DNA of 64,000 nt, from NCBI RefSeq assembly GCF_009914755.1, contig NC_060927.1, one strand, 5' to 3'. The stretch comes from the human T2T-CHM13v2.0 reference genome, Homo sapiens. The notes below the pieces were generated by a model that was not told the origin of the DNA, made no database searches, and saw only the letters and a list, made by a program, of their open reading frames with translations. Position 1 is the stretch's first letter; each line of letters starts with the position of its first letter. Positions 40,209 through 64,000 of the stretch are shown here, piece by piece. The translations under genes and the position numbers were made by a program.

Positions 40209-42723
40209 GTGAGCGGGCAGCAGCTGGGCGTCCGGGGCCGGCCTCGGTCCCGGGGGCGCCGGGCGCGGTCTGGTGGGAACGGAAAGGCGGGAGGCGGCTC
40301 CCAGCGCCGGGGCTCCCGACCGCCCGACCCTAACCCGGGCGGCGGCGGCGCAGTGCGGCCCCATTCATTGCTCCCCGGGCCGGCCGGACTGGCCGCAGCT
40401 CGCTCCCGAAGCAGCGGGGCCCGCGGGCAGCCCGGCCGGGCCGCGCTGGTTCCTCCCTCCCTGCTGGGAGCGGGGCGCACGTGCTGCCCGGGCCTCCCGC
40501 CCGGCGCGGCGCCGGAAGCCGGGGACCCCTGCCCGAAGCCGGGCCCCGAGAGTGCAGGAGCCGAGCCCCCGGGCCTCCTTTGTACGGAGCGCTCCGGCCC
40601 GAGAGGCCCTGGCGGAGGCGCCCGGCCCGCTGAGCGGTTCGGAGAAGCCAGACCCTGCCCCACTCCAGGGGAGAGGAAATTTCCACTCCCGCCGCTATCT
40701 TGTGACTCGTCCACGCTGCCACCCCGACCGGTCGGAAGAGTGCGACTGAGTGTTAAGTGTGGGTGTGGGTTGCTTAAACGTGTAGCGGTGAGTTAATCAC
40801 AGAAGTACATTGTACAAGAAAATGCACTTGAATTTGGACAGTGAAAAGGCCCTTAAAAAGGTTGGTTCCTCCCGGATTCCTTTTTAATTACAGAGGTTTT
40901 CTTCCTTACAAATTTGCTTCTTTGGGGAAAGTAAATCCTGTCTGAACAACACAGGTTTTTTTTTTTTTTCCCGTGTCTTCAAAACAGGAGAGTGATGGTT
41001 GTATGTTAGCAGATTTTTTCTATGCGTGAGCTCTTTGTTTTAATATATTTAAACCATCTACCGTGTAGAGTAGCTTTAGGATGCCTTTTTTTCCTAAAAT
41101 TGTATCAATCTCTGAATGCAGGCTAGAGCTTTTTTTTTTTTTTGCCTTTATACTTAAGTAAACTAATTTTACCTTTTTAAATCCTTTTGAAACATTTTGT
41201 TAGTGGGTCTTGAAAGACCATTTCTTTCTGAGTGGGAATAAATCTCGAGAGCTTAGAACTATTTGGGCACAACATTTTTAGGATAAGCATGGAGAAATAA
41301 GCTGTGACTCAGAAAATAAACTGTTGGTGCAGACTGAAATGGACTCCTTCAGGGTGAAAAGGCGACTTGAAGTCTTATCACAAGCTGAAAGGGGCCTTGG
41401 AGGATTTTTAGCCCAACCCCCACTTTAGAGATGAGAAAAATGAGACCCAGAGAGGTTGTGATTTTTGCCTTGTGTAAAATTACATATGCCACAAAGCCAA
41501 GAAAAGAACCCAGTTCTCCTTTAATCCTAGTCCAGCGGTTGTATTATTTTACAGATGCCTTGCCTAACTGCATGGTAATCACTCATGATTTTTATTTAAA
41601 TTGCTGTTTTCTTTTGGGAACCCACTAGTGTGATGAAGAAATAAATCTTGCATCCAGACTTACATGGGAACAAAAGATGAACATTTATAAAGCTTAATTG
41701 CTTGTTTCTAGAGTGTACTAACTTTTTGCTGAAGAAATTTTTGAGTGGTGGAGAGAGATTAATTTTGATAGGCTACCTTCCTCCCTTTCTCCCTTCCCCA
41801 GTGCTTCCTCATTTCCAGAACGGAGTAACTCCACTTTGTGTTAGAATGACATTTCTTACTGCAGATAGTGCTCTTCAACCTTTGTATTGTATGACCTAGG
41901 GTAGAGATTTTATTTTATTGAGTCAATGCATTTAAATAGATAACATGCACAAATAAATAGAGAGCAATGTGTAAGGACTGTAAAACTAGTACAAGTGAAG
42001 TTGGGATTCATTTTGGAAGGATTAAGTCAATCTCTTCAAAATCGATAAGTATTACTCTTATCAGTAAATTTTTTGTTTATTGTAATAATAGTAAGTCAGT
42101 GAAGAATGGCATATATAGGTGAAAATTAACCATAATCCTGTCCCAATGTAAGGGTATCCCTCTAAGGATATGTGAGGGAGTCGTGAGAGGAGGCCGAAAT
42201 CCATATTCAGCTTGCCAGGCTGTGTATCCTAGACCATGGTTGGGTCTGCCTAGAGAAGGGGCACCTTGTTCTAATTCTTGCAAAGGCAGGATCAGTTTGG
42301 AGAGCTCTGTGCCTCTGGGGATATGTCTGCCAGGAAGGATTCTTTTTTTAATTCTCTTGAAGGGACTGTATGGGCTTGCTGCCAGATGTCATCATACCTC
42401 AGAGATACTATTAACATTCTGGTATATATGTTACTGAATTGTGTATAACATTTTTTTTAAAACAAAAGGATCATAAAGTGTTGTTTTATATTCTGAGTAT
42501 ATTGTGGGCATCTTTCCATGTTACTAAAGATTTTTAGACAGGTTTCCCTATATTCACCCTTTTCATGTACATTTTTGCACATTTATTTCCTTGGTATATA
42601 TTTATACCGATGGGATTTCTAGGCCATTCATATGTACTTTTTACATTTTGAAAACTTGTTTTCATGTGCTTTCCAGGAAGTTTCTAACAATTTATACTCC
42701 CAACGGTATGTAGTGGTGTCTCA

Positions 42724-46874
<4,151 letters not shown>

Positions 46875-47751
46875 TTATATATTGTTGTCATTGCCTATTT
46901 ACTAGACTATAATCTTATTCTTGTCTTATTCCTCTTTGATTCTCTAACCCCTGGCCTGTCCTAGCACTTGCTAGGAATGTAATACAAACTGGTTGAATGA
47001 GCAGTACTATGAATGTTTCCATGAAGTTAGTCTTCTGCAGTATTGTTTTTAATGGCTTCACAGTGTTTGACGGTATTGGTGTACCCATAGTATAATTGTC
47101 CCCTCAATTTTGGGGCATTTTCCTTTTTCTTTTGTTAGAGTACTGATGGGTTTTCATGGAAGTTCAGTGTTCAAAAGAAGCTTAGTGATTATTCCACTTA
47201 ACTTTCTTATTGGAGACTCAGCTGGGTTTGTGACATGCCTGGATCACGCATCTGATAATAGTGACAGAACCAGGGCAAAATTTTATTTAGGTTTGCTTCC
47301 TGCTTTATTGCTCTTTTCAGCTTCTTATACTGCTTTTATGAGACCCTCATAAAGTCTTTTTTTCTTTTACCTGCTCTCAAATTTAATGGGAGTTTATTTA
47401 ATAGTGCCCTTCTTCCCTTATGGGGTGCTATTACTAATAATATTTCGGAAAATTTTTTTTAACATAATAACCTCCCACATACCTGTTTAAACTTTGTTAC
47501 TGAGTCATTTGTGGAGCTAGCTCTTATTTGTGACTTCTTAGGATTTTGCTGGTGCTGTGGGTAAGATATGACTTTGGAAGTGACCTTCCTGCAAGGCATG
47601 GGGTACTTTTCTTTTGGTTTTTGCATGTTGGCAGTATCTGGCTCATAAAAAGTGGCCTTTTACATACTCATACTCCTGCTCCCACTCCCTAGCTCTCTAA
47701 CCATTCCTTTCCTAGTTCCTTCTTGTTTGCTCTTCCTGTCTTCTAAGTGTT

Positions 47752-48126
47752 TGTGATGGTTAATATTATTGAGTGTCAACTTGATTGGGTTGAAGGATAG
47801 AAAGTATTGATCCTGGGTGTGTCTGTGAGGGTGTTGCCAAAGGAGATTAACATTTAAGTCAGTGGGCTGGGAAAGGCAGACCCACTCTTAATTGGGTGGG
47901 CACTGTCTAATCAGCTGCCAGCAAATATAAAGCTGGCAGAAAAACGTGAAAAGGAGAGACTGGCCCTAGCCTCCTAGCCTACATCTTTCTCCCGTGCTGG
48001 ATGCTTCCTACCCTCAAACATTAGACTCCATGTTCTTTGGTTTTGGGACTCAGACTGGCTCTCCTTGTTCCTCAAGGAGATATATACATATTATTAGTTC
48101 TGTCCCTCTAGGCCCTGACTAATGCA
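47752..48126 (+). mobile_element. MLT2A (HERV-L) solo LTR with internal 3' deletion
   Basis: TGTGATGGTTAAT...GAGTGTCAACTTGATTGG...GGTGTGTCTGTGAGGGTGTTGCCAAAGGAGATTAACATTT; ends CCCTGACTAATGCA. Confidence 0.85.
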
Positions 48127-48651
48127 ATGTATGTATCTCAGGTGCTGTCTTTGGCCTTGTTTTCTCTTCTTCTTTCCTGGCAATGTCATATAACAACTGC
48201 AAAGATCATTACAGATTTTACTTCTTGGTTGACATCTCTCTCAGGTTCCAGGCCCCTGTTTATTGTCAGTTGCTTTCTGCATATCCCACAAATCTAAGAG
48301 TGTGAGGCTTAGATGTCTTAACTAACTTTCATACCAGATAACGTCATCTGGTAAATAGCTCGTTTCCCTTCCTTCCCTGAGGTTCTGTATTGCTCCTATT
48401 TTTGCAGTTTTAAAAAACAGCTTCACTATCCTGTCGTCTAGGCTCCAGACTTAGCCAAATTGTGCCGGTGCTATTCAATAACATCGCTTGAACCTCTTGA
48501 ATCTTTGTGGCCCATATCCCCATTACTAGTACTACAATTATTTTAGGAATTAATTTTCTTTGACTTGTTTACCATTTTCTCTTTATCCCCATCAAGACAC
48601 ACGTTCAGAGGACATCTGAGATGCTCATTTTTCCTAGCTTCATAATCCTAG

Positions 48652-49028
<377 letters not shown>

Positions 49029-49175
49029 AGCCACTGTGCCTGACCAGCGCATGCCTTTTCTTATAAACTCTGTGATTTAAAAACTTGAAGCACCAGATGA
49101 AGATCTTTGTAATTGTTTCACAGTTGTTCCAGCTTCAAATAGACGATTGGCTTTCCAGCTTTTATCTGCTGCGTT

Positions 49176-49177
<2 letters not shown>

Positions 49178-49223
<46 letters not shown>
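49178..49223. repeat. (AC)n microsatellite, about 23 units
   Basis: Direct reading. Confidence 0.95.
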
Positions 49224-49226
<3 letters not shown>

Positions 49227-50015
49227 CTGTAGTGTTGTTGACCCTGGGGAAAGTGGGTCTTAACTACTGGTGCATCTCCAGTAAGATCCAAAGAATCAGT
49301 GAGAATCATTGTGACTTAAGCAATGTAGCCCACTGCTGTCGGGTTATTTCTAAGGCAGCAGCTTTGATCATATTACCTTCTGTACCCCAAAACTGTGTTT
49401 GGGTCCCTACTGCTTCCAGAAAGTTTAGGTAAGTTCCAGAGAGTCTGGCATTCCAGGTTTATTGTATGTGGGCGTGGAGCTGTTTCCAACCCTAAGTAAC
49501 CCATCGTTTCCCACCTTGCCCACACCCCATTATGCACCCTATGTTGTAGCTACACGGATGTATCTAAGACCCTTAGTCTGGAACCCCTGTCTGTTCCTTC
49601 CCCAATCTCTTCGTTCTGTGCACACGAATTCTTCCTTATTTCACAGACCTAGCTTCAGTGCTGGCTCTGCCATAAGCCTTCTCTGATATGCTCAGGTGGA
49701 AATAATACCACTTATTTCCTATAACATCTAAAATGTTGTATCTGTATATAAAGGTGTAATTCTATCACCCAGCTCACAATGGCTCTGCTCTACTACATTT
49801 CTAATTAATTTTTAAAGTTTCCAGATAGGGCATCATAATAAAAAGTGAACTGGTAGGTTTATATATTTTTACTTGATGCATCTCAGAATACACCAGTATA
49901 CTGAGAAGATGACCAGATAGGACTCATAGACCTAAATTCTAGTTCCACATCTCTGTTAAAGCTTAGATAACTCAAGATCTCTTAGCCTTGTTTCCTCTAT
50001 AAAAGAAAAAAGTTC

Positions 50016-50367
<352 letters not shown>

Positions 50368-50394
50368 CTACCTATATAAATGCTTTAGAATGGG

Positions 50395-50553
50395 AGGCAG
50401 CAAGATTCAAAGGACCACGTTATTGTTGGCTTTGCTGACCACACGGTGTTTGTTGCAACTACCTAACTCCATTACTGTAGCTTGAAATTGGCCATAGAAC
50501 TAACGGGCATGGCTAGCATTTTATTTACAAAAATAGCAGCAGCCGTGGTTTGC
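50395..50553. mobile_element. MER58A-like hAT MITE
   Basis: GGCTTTGCTGACCACACGG...GTTGCAACTACCTAACTC...TTTATTTACAAAAATAG motifs. Confidence 0.55.
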
Positions 50554-50769
50554 TTTAGAAGTTAGAGTTGGTGAGTGGTCAGTGTAGTCTGACTCAAGAA
50601 ATCTGAACTGGTCTTAAATGGGATGTGGACTCTTGGCTTTGTTCTTTTCTTATAACAAAAGTAACACCATTATTTTTACAGTACAGATGTGAATATCAGT
50701 AAGTCCAACATCATCCTCAGCTTCTTCCCTGGGTAACCCCCGTTAAGTGTGTAAATGCTTTTTAAAAGG

Positions 50770-51545
50770 TAATATGTGGCATATCCATAAAGGTCCGGCA
50801 GTGTCTTATAAAGGTAAATATATACCCACCCCCTGAGCCAGCAGTTCTACTCTTAGGTGTGTTTATCCAAGAGAAATGAAAACATACGTTCACAAAATGC
50901 TCTTGTACAAAAATATTCATAGTAGCCCTATTCATAATAGTTCCAAACTGGGAACAGTTCAGGTTTTTATCAGCTAGGCGATAGATAAACTTGCATGTCT
51001 ACACAATGGAATACTACTCAATGGTAAAAAGGAATGAACTACAGATGTACAAAATGTGATGAATCTCACAGGTTGACTGCGAACGAAAGCCTTACCAAAG
51101 AGAGTACATACTATATGGTTTTATTTATGTGAAATTCTAAAATAAGCAATTCTTACCTATGCTGGAAAAAAAAACCCAGAACGGTGGTTGCCTTTAGGGC
51201 AGTGGACAGGGAGAATGACTAGGAAGGGACGTGACGGAACTTTCAGGGTGATGATAAGTGTTCTGTATCTTGAATAGGGCTTTGGATCATAAGTGAATGC
51301 ATTTGTCAAAACTCATTAAGTGGTATATTGGAGATTTGTGTATTTCACTGAATATGCATTTTTTCTCAATTTTAGTTAATACGCATGCTGAATTGTTCTC
51401 TGATGTTTGCAACTTGAATCTTTAAAATGAGATAAATACAGTAAAATGTTAATTGTAGAATCTTGATGGGTTTATGGGTGTTCACTTTTAGGTTTCACTC
51501 AACTTTTCTGTGCATGGGTAAACATTCCTAATTGAGTGTTGGAGA
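50770..51545 (+). mobile_element. L1M 3' end
   Basis: CCAAGAGAAATGAAAACATACGTTCACA...CAATGGAATACTACTCA...AAAAGGAATGAACTAC. Confidence 0.8.
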
Positions 51546-51826
51546 ATATGAATACATTCGTGTGTTTCTCTCTACCTCCTTCACCAGTCTCAGAGTGTTT
51601 CCTACAGATGACTATCAGGTTTCCTGTCAGTCCTTTTTTCAGCACCATTTTTATATATGTATATAAACATGTTTCTGTATATATGTGGAGTATATAGAAA
51701 TAAGTAGGTTCTTGTCTACCTTTACCTGAGTAATAGGAAACTCATATGTTCTGGAACTTGATTTTTTTTCACTTAATATGTTTTGGCTGTATATATAGGT
51801 TTGTGTCATTCCTTTTCATAGCATAA

Positions 51827-52565
51827 TGTATTCGTCTATTTTCACACTGCTATAAAGAACTACCTGAGACTGGGTAATTTATAAAGAAAAGAGGTTTAAT
51901 TGACTCACATGATATGGCTTGGCTGTGTCCCCACCCAAATCTCATCATGAATTGTAGCTCCCATAATCCCCACATGCCATGGGAGGAACTGAGTGGGTGG
52001 TAATTGAATCATGGGGGCAGGTCTTTCTTGTGCTCTTCTTGAGATAGTGAGTAAGTCTCATGAGATCTGGTGGGTTTTATAAATGGGAGTTCCCCTGCGC
52101 ACGCTGTCTTGCTTGCCGCCATGTAAGATGTGACTTTGCTTCTCATTCACCTTCTGCCATGATTGTGAGGCCTCCCCAGCCATGTGGAACTGAGTCAATT
52201 AAACCTCTTTCCTTTATAAATTATCCAGTCTCTGATAAGTCTTTATTAGCAGCATGAGAAGAGACTAATACACTCACAGTTCCACATGGCTGGGGAGGCT
52301 TCAGGAAACTTACAATCATGGCAGAAGGCAAAGGGAAAGCAAGGCACTTCTTATTCTTACATGGTGGCAGGAGAGAGAGAGAGCCAAGGGGGAAGTGCCA
52401 CACACCTTCAAACAACCAGACTCATGAGAACTCATTATCACAAGAACAGCAAGGGAGAAGTCTGCCCCCCATGATTCAGTCACCTCCCACCAGGCCCCTC
52501 CCCCAGCATGTGGGGATTACAATTTGAGATGAGATTTGGGTGGAGCACAGTGACAAATCATATCA
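51827..52565 (-). mobile_element. THE1D/MSTA-type MaLR solo LTR (outer element)
   Basis: TGTATT...ATATCA ends; exact 5-bp TSD CATAA at 51822-51826 and 52566-52570. Confidence 0.88.
51910..52272 (+). mobile_element. THE1 (THE1C-like) solo LTR nested in the outer LTR
   Basis: TGATATGG...ACTAATACA; duplicated CTCACA at 51904-51909 and 52273-52278. Confidence 0.9.
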
Positions 52566-52747
52566 CATAATATTCCATAGTGTGGAGATTATACTATAGA
52601 ATATATATATTTCTTTCTGATGAATGTTTAAATTGTTTCCAATTTTTATCTTAAAAATTGCTGCAGTGCAACTTTTTATCTAGGATAAACTGAGAAATGG
52701 AATTGCCAGTTTATAATATGTATTTATTTTTATGAATATATTGTTCT

Positions 52748-53146
<399 letters not shown>

Positions 53147-53376
53147 AGTTCTCCAAAAAAGCTGTACCAGTTTATACTCCCACCAGCAGTGGATAAAAGT
53201 ACCTTTTCTCCTCAAGCACTGGATATTATAACAATATTGTACAATCATACAAAAATATTGTGCAGTTTTTTCCATTTTGATAGGATGCTGGTATCTATCT
53301 GGTTGGTTTAATTTGTAATTTCTTCAATATTTTTATATTTGCTCAATTTTAATTTTTAAAAAATGCCTGTAATCTA

Positions 53377-54167
<791 letters not shown>

Positions 54168-54169
54168 TC

Positions 54170-55790
54170 TGTGTTATGTTCTTACTGGTTAAAGGAAATT
54201 TTGATACACTTTGAATATTAAGCCTTTGTTATACTTGTAAATATTCTTTATGGACTCATCTTTTTGTTCTCTTGTCTCTTAACTCTTACTTTGGTTTATT
54301 TTTTTAATTGTAATGGTTTTAAATGAACATTATCACAGATTTAACAGTCTTCTATGTTCTTTTCTTAATCACTTATCCCTATATGTTGTATAATCCATCA
54401 TTTCCCCAATGATATGAATTGGCAACTTTGTTAAATGAAAAATTCCATTTTATATGGATTCTTTTTAGGATATTGTTTTGTTGATCTGTATCTTGATTCC
54501 TGTGTATCATCACACTATATAGTAGGCTCTGTATTCGTGATTGTAAAGTAAAATACATGTGTAAATTTGTGTCAATACTACCTGTTCAGTTTTAGTATCC
54601 AAATAGTGCAAGCCTTATAAAAACCATTAAGGTAACTTACAGAGCATACACAAAGAATAGTTTATGTATAGAAAATAGTCTGTTCTTTCCATTTTGAGAG
54701 AACCAACTAAAGCCATTTAGACTTGGTGTCTTTTACTGGGGTAAACCTCTTTTTTGTAAAAATTCATGGTTTGAACATTTTAATTTTCCTAAAAAATTTT
54801 ATATTTCATCTGTTTTCACATTTACTAATTGAAAACACTTTTGATCAAGTTGATTTATTATTTAAATGTATTGAATGGTTTTGGTGTGGTTTTTCATTAC
54901 ATTTTGTGTCCATTAACTTGTGTTTTCATCTTAAATCTCTCCTACTTTCTTTGTATTTATTTTAGTCTTGAGCTAAAAATCTGGCTTTTTTGTTAGTCGT
55001 ATATTTTAATGATGTTTTAATGAATGCATCTAGGGCTATGGGTTTTACTTTGAGTTCTGCTCTGATTACATTATTTTGAATTTTTGGATATCTGTGTTTT
55101 TTTAATTCAGGGATTGAGATACAACTTTCTAAATTTGTATTGTTAATTTCTAATGTATTTATTTTGAGATGTTAGAGAATGTGGCCTCTTTTTTTTTTTT
55201 AATGTTTTTTAGTTTTGAATTGTGTTTTGTTTTTGTAATGTAAGTCATGGTCAGTTTGGGGACAGTGCTCCAAGTTTGTAGAGAGTACATTTCTTGGTGA
55301 CTACAAAGTTCTACGTATACTAGGTAACTGTTGTGTTTTAAAAATACATATTGCCCTTTTTATTGTCCTTTACTCAATCTGTGGGTTTCTGGAGAGGTAT
55401 GTTAACATCTCTGGTCATGATTGTGGTGAATTTTATAACTCTGCTTTTGCTTTAATCATTTGAAGCCACTTAGCATCACAGAGGTTCATGGCTATTATGC
55501 TGTATCTTCTTTATGTGTTTTTATTTACTTTTATTAAATACACAGTATCTTCACCCTTGCAAATGCTTTTTTACTTGAATTCTAGTTTGCATACAGTAAT
55601 AATGCCATATCTACATTTCTTTTGTTAGCCAAGACCTATTTTATTTTCCTGTTTATTTCAACCATTGGTGTTTAATTTTAGATTGTCTTCTATAACAGCA
55701 TTAAGTGGATTTTTTAACTGACTCTGATAATGTCCTTTATTATTACCACTTTTAAATTATTCCTGCCATATTATTGACATTTTAATTACA
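54170..55790 (-). mobile_element. Very old antisense L1 remnants
   Basis: Strongly T-rich; TTAGAGAATGTGGCC and GAGAGGTATGTTAACATCTC motifs. Confidence 0.45.
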
Positions 55791-55807
55791 AATTGTTATT
55801 GAATATA

Positions 55808-56604
55808 GGCTGGGCGCAGTGACACACGCCTGTAATCCCAGCTACTCAGGAGACTGAGGCACAAATATTGCTTGAACTGGGAGGCAGAGGCTGCAGCAAG
55901 TGGAGATCGAGCCACTGCATGCAGCCTGGGTGACAGTGAGACTGTCTCAAAAAAAAAAAAAAAAAAAAAAAAACAGTTATCGAATATAGACAAATTTAAA
56001 ACTTTAGCCTTATGTAAAATACAAACACAGTGACAAAATCATTGGCTGCCTGGGGAAGGGTGTGTAGATTGCAAAGGGGTACAAGGAACGTTTTGGACAT
56101 GATGGTAATGTTCTATATCTTTAATGGAGCGGTAGCTTCACAGATTATACAACGGTCAAAACTAACTGGAATTGTATACCTGAAATGGAGGAAACTTACT
56201 ATATGCAACTTATTCCTCAGAATTGATAAGGAAAAGCAATTAAAACATCTTAGATGTTACCAGTAAGTCTTAGCAGATCTCTGCTCACCATTGCCTTATG
56301 TAGTTTTCCTCTTGGCCTTAGTTTTTTCTTTTTCTCACCCAGGCTGGAGTGCAGTGGTGCCGTTGGTTCACTGCAGCCTCCACAAGCTTCCACCTCTCAG
56401 GTTAAAGCAATTCTCCTGCCTCAGCCTCTCGAGTAGCTGGGATTACAGGCACGCACCACCACACCTGACTAATTTTTTTATTTTTAGTAGAGACGGGGTT
56501 TCACCATGTTGGCCAAGCTGGTCTCGAACTCCTGATCTCAAGCTATCCACCCGCCTTGGCCTCCTAAAGTGCTAAGATTACAGACGTGAGCCACCACACC
56601 CAGC
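55808..56604. mobile_element. Alu right arm 55808-55973 (+) and Alu 56320-56604 (-)
   Basis: Alu consensus matches. Confidence 0.85.
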
Positions 56605-56904
56605 TCTCTTTATTCTTGATGTTCTAAAATTTTACCTTTTTATTTCTAGGTATAGGATGTTTTCCAGTATTTTTTAACATTTCCAATCTAGACACAAGCT
56701 TGTTATTTCTTTGAGAGTTCTTGCCCCACCCTCTTTTCCTGTGGAGTTCCTATTAGATTTGTTTGTATTTCTGGTTCTCTCCCCAATGTCTCAACAATTT
56801 TTCATATACTCCTTCTCTGTTAGCCCACTGTCATAGAATACCTGACTTGATCTTTAGCTCACTGAATTTTTCTTCAGCTTGACCAGTTCTCCTGAGGTTA
56901 AGTT

Positions 56905-62527
<5,623 letters not shown>

Positions 62528-62861
62528 ATCAGTATTGTTTTTAAAAATTCAAATATACAAAAGATTATAAACTTGCACCTGTTCATATAATGGATTTTTT
62601 AGAAATTATACATGTCTCTGCTTTAAAATGTTTTAAACTATAAACAGAATGCTAGTTTATTTACCAAATGGAAATGGTTGCTAGTCATCAGTATTTTCTG
62701 AGAGGCCCAATCTTTCTAGCATCTAGGTCCCTGAAGATAGCTAGAAAGTGTGCAGAGGTTGAGAGTAAGATCACAGGGTCTAGTCATGTGTTGAGGGGGC
62801 ATATTTCCAGGCCCTCATGAAGCCCAGTGACTTTTCCCTGTGTCCAGATTATGTGTGCTGG

Positions 62862-64000
<1,139 letters not shown>

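Larger units (their letters stand above)
38940..40790. promoter_or_regulatory. CpG island / ATP1B3 promoter and first exon
   Basis: Sharp rise in GC and undepleted CpG compared with CpG-poor flanks; spans the start codon. Confidence 0.93.

Noticed and set aside
40209-40333. C-terminal 40 aa of the 77-aa ORF at 40100
   Set aside because: Similarity to ATP1B3 ends at the GTGAGC donor; the remainder is intron.
39719-40714. 331-aa minus-strand ORF and overlapping 100-195 aa ORFs across the CpG island
   Set aside because: Mostly non-ATG starts; low-complexity G/P/R/A composition expected from stop-poor GC-rich DNA; no recognisable domain.

Overview
Primate (very probably human) genomic DNA, extremely Alu-dense. 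The only protein-coding exon I can support is exon 1 of ATP1B3 (Na+/K+-ATPase beta-3; ATG 40100, donor GTGAGC at 40209). It sits in a CpG-island promoter (~38.9-40.8 kb), and intron 1 fills the rest of the window. About 11.5 kb upstream lies a complete HMGN2 processed retrocopy (minus strand, 27157-28677) with a 12-bp TSD, an intact 90-aa ORF and an Alu in its 3'UTR. Everything else is Alu, old L1/L2/MIR, LTRs (THE1, MLT, MER21) and DNA-transposon relics (MER85, Tigger3, MER47, Charlie1/MER33, MER53, MADE2, MER58). Nearly all ORFs in the supplied track are Alu or GC-island artefacts. I found no convincing new multi-gene system. The best leads are small-scale. They are a MER85 piggyBac MITE with its PGBD3-binding palindrome, plus a stray MER85 fragment inside a nearby Alu; a 74-bp polyadenylated LTR-end retro-insert with TSDs; a 4x32-bp promoter minisatellite; oppositely nested THE1 LTRs; and several apparent templated-insertion scars. 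Repeat family names come from my recollection of consensus sequences, not from a search, and repeat boundaries are approximate.
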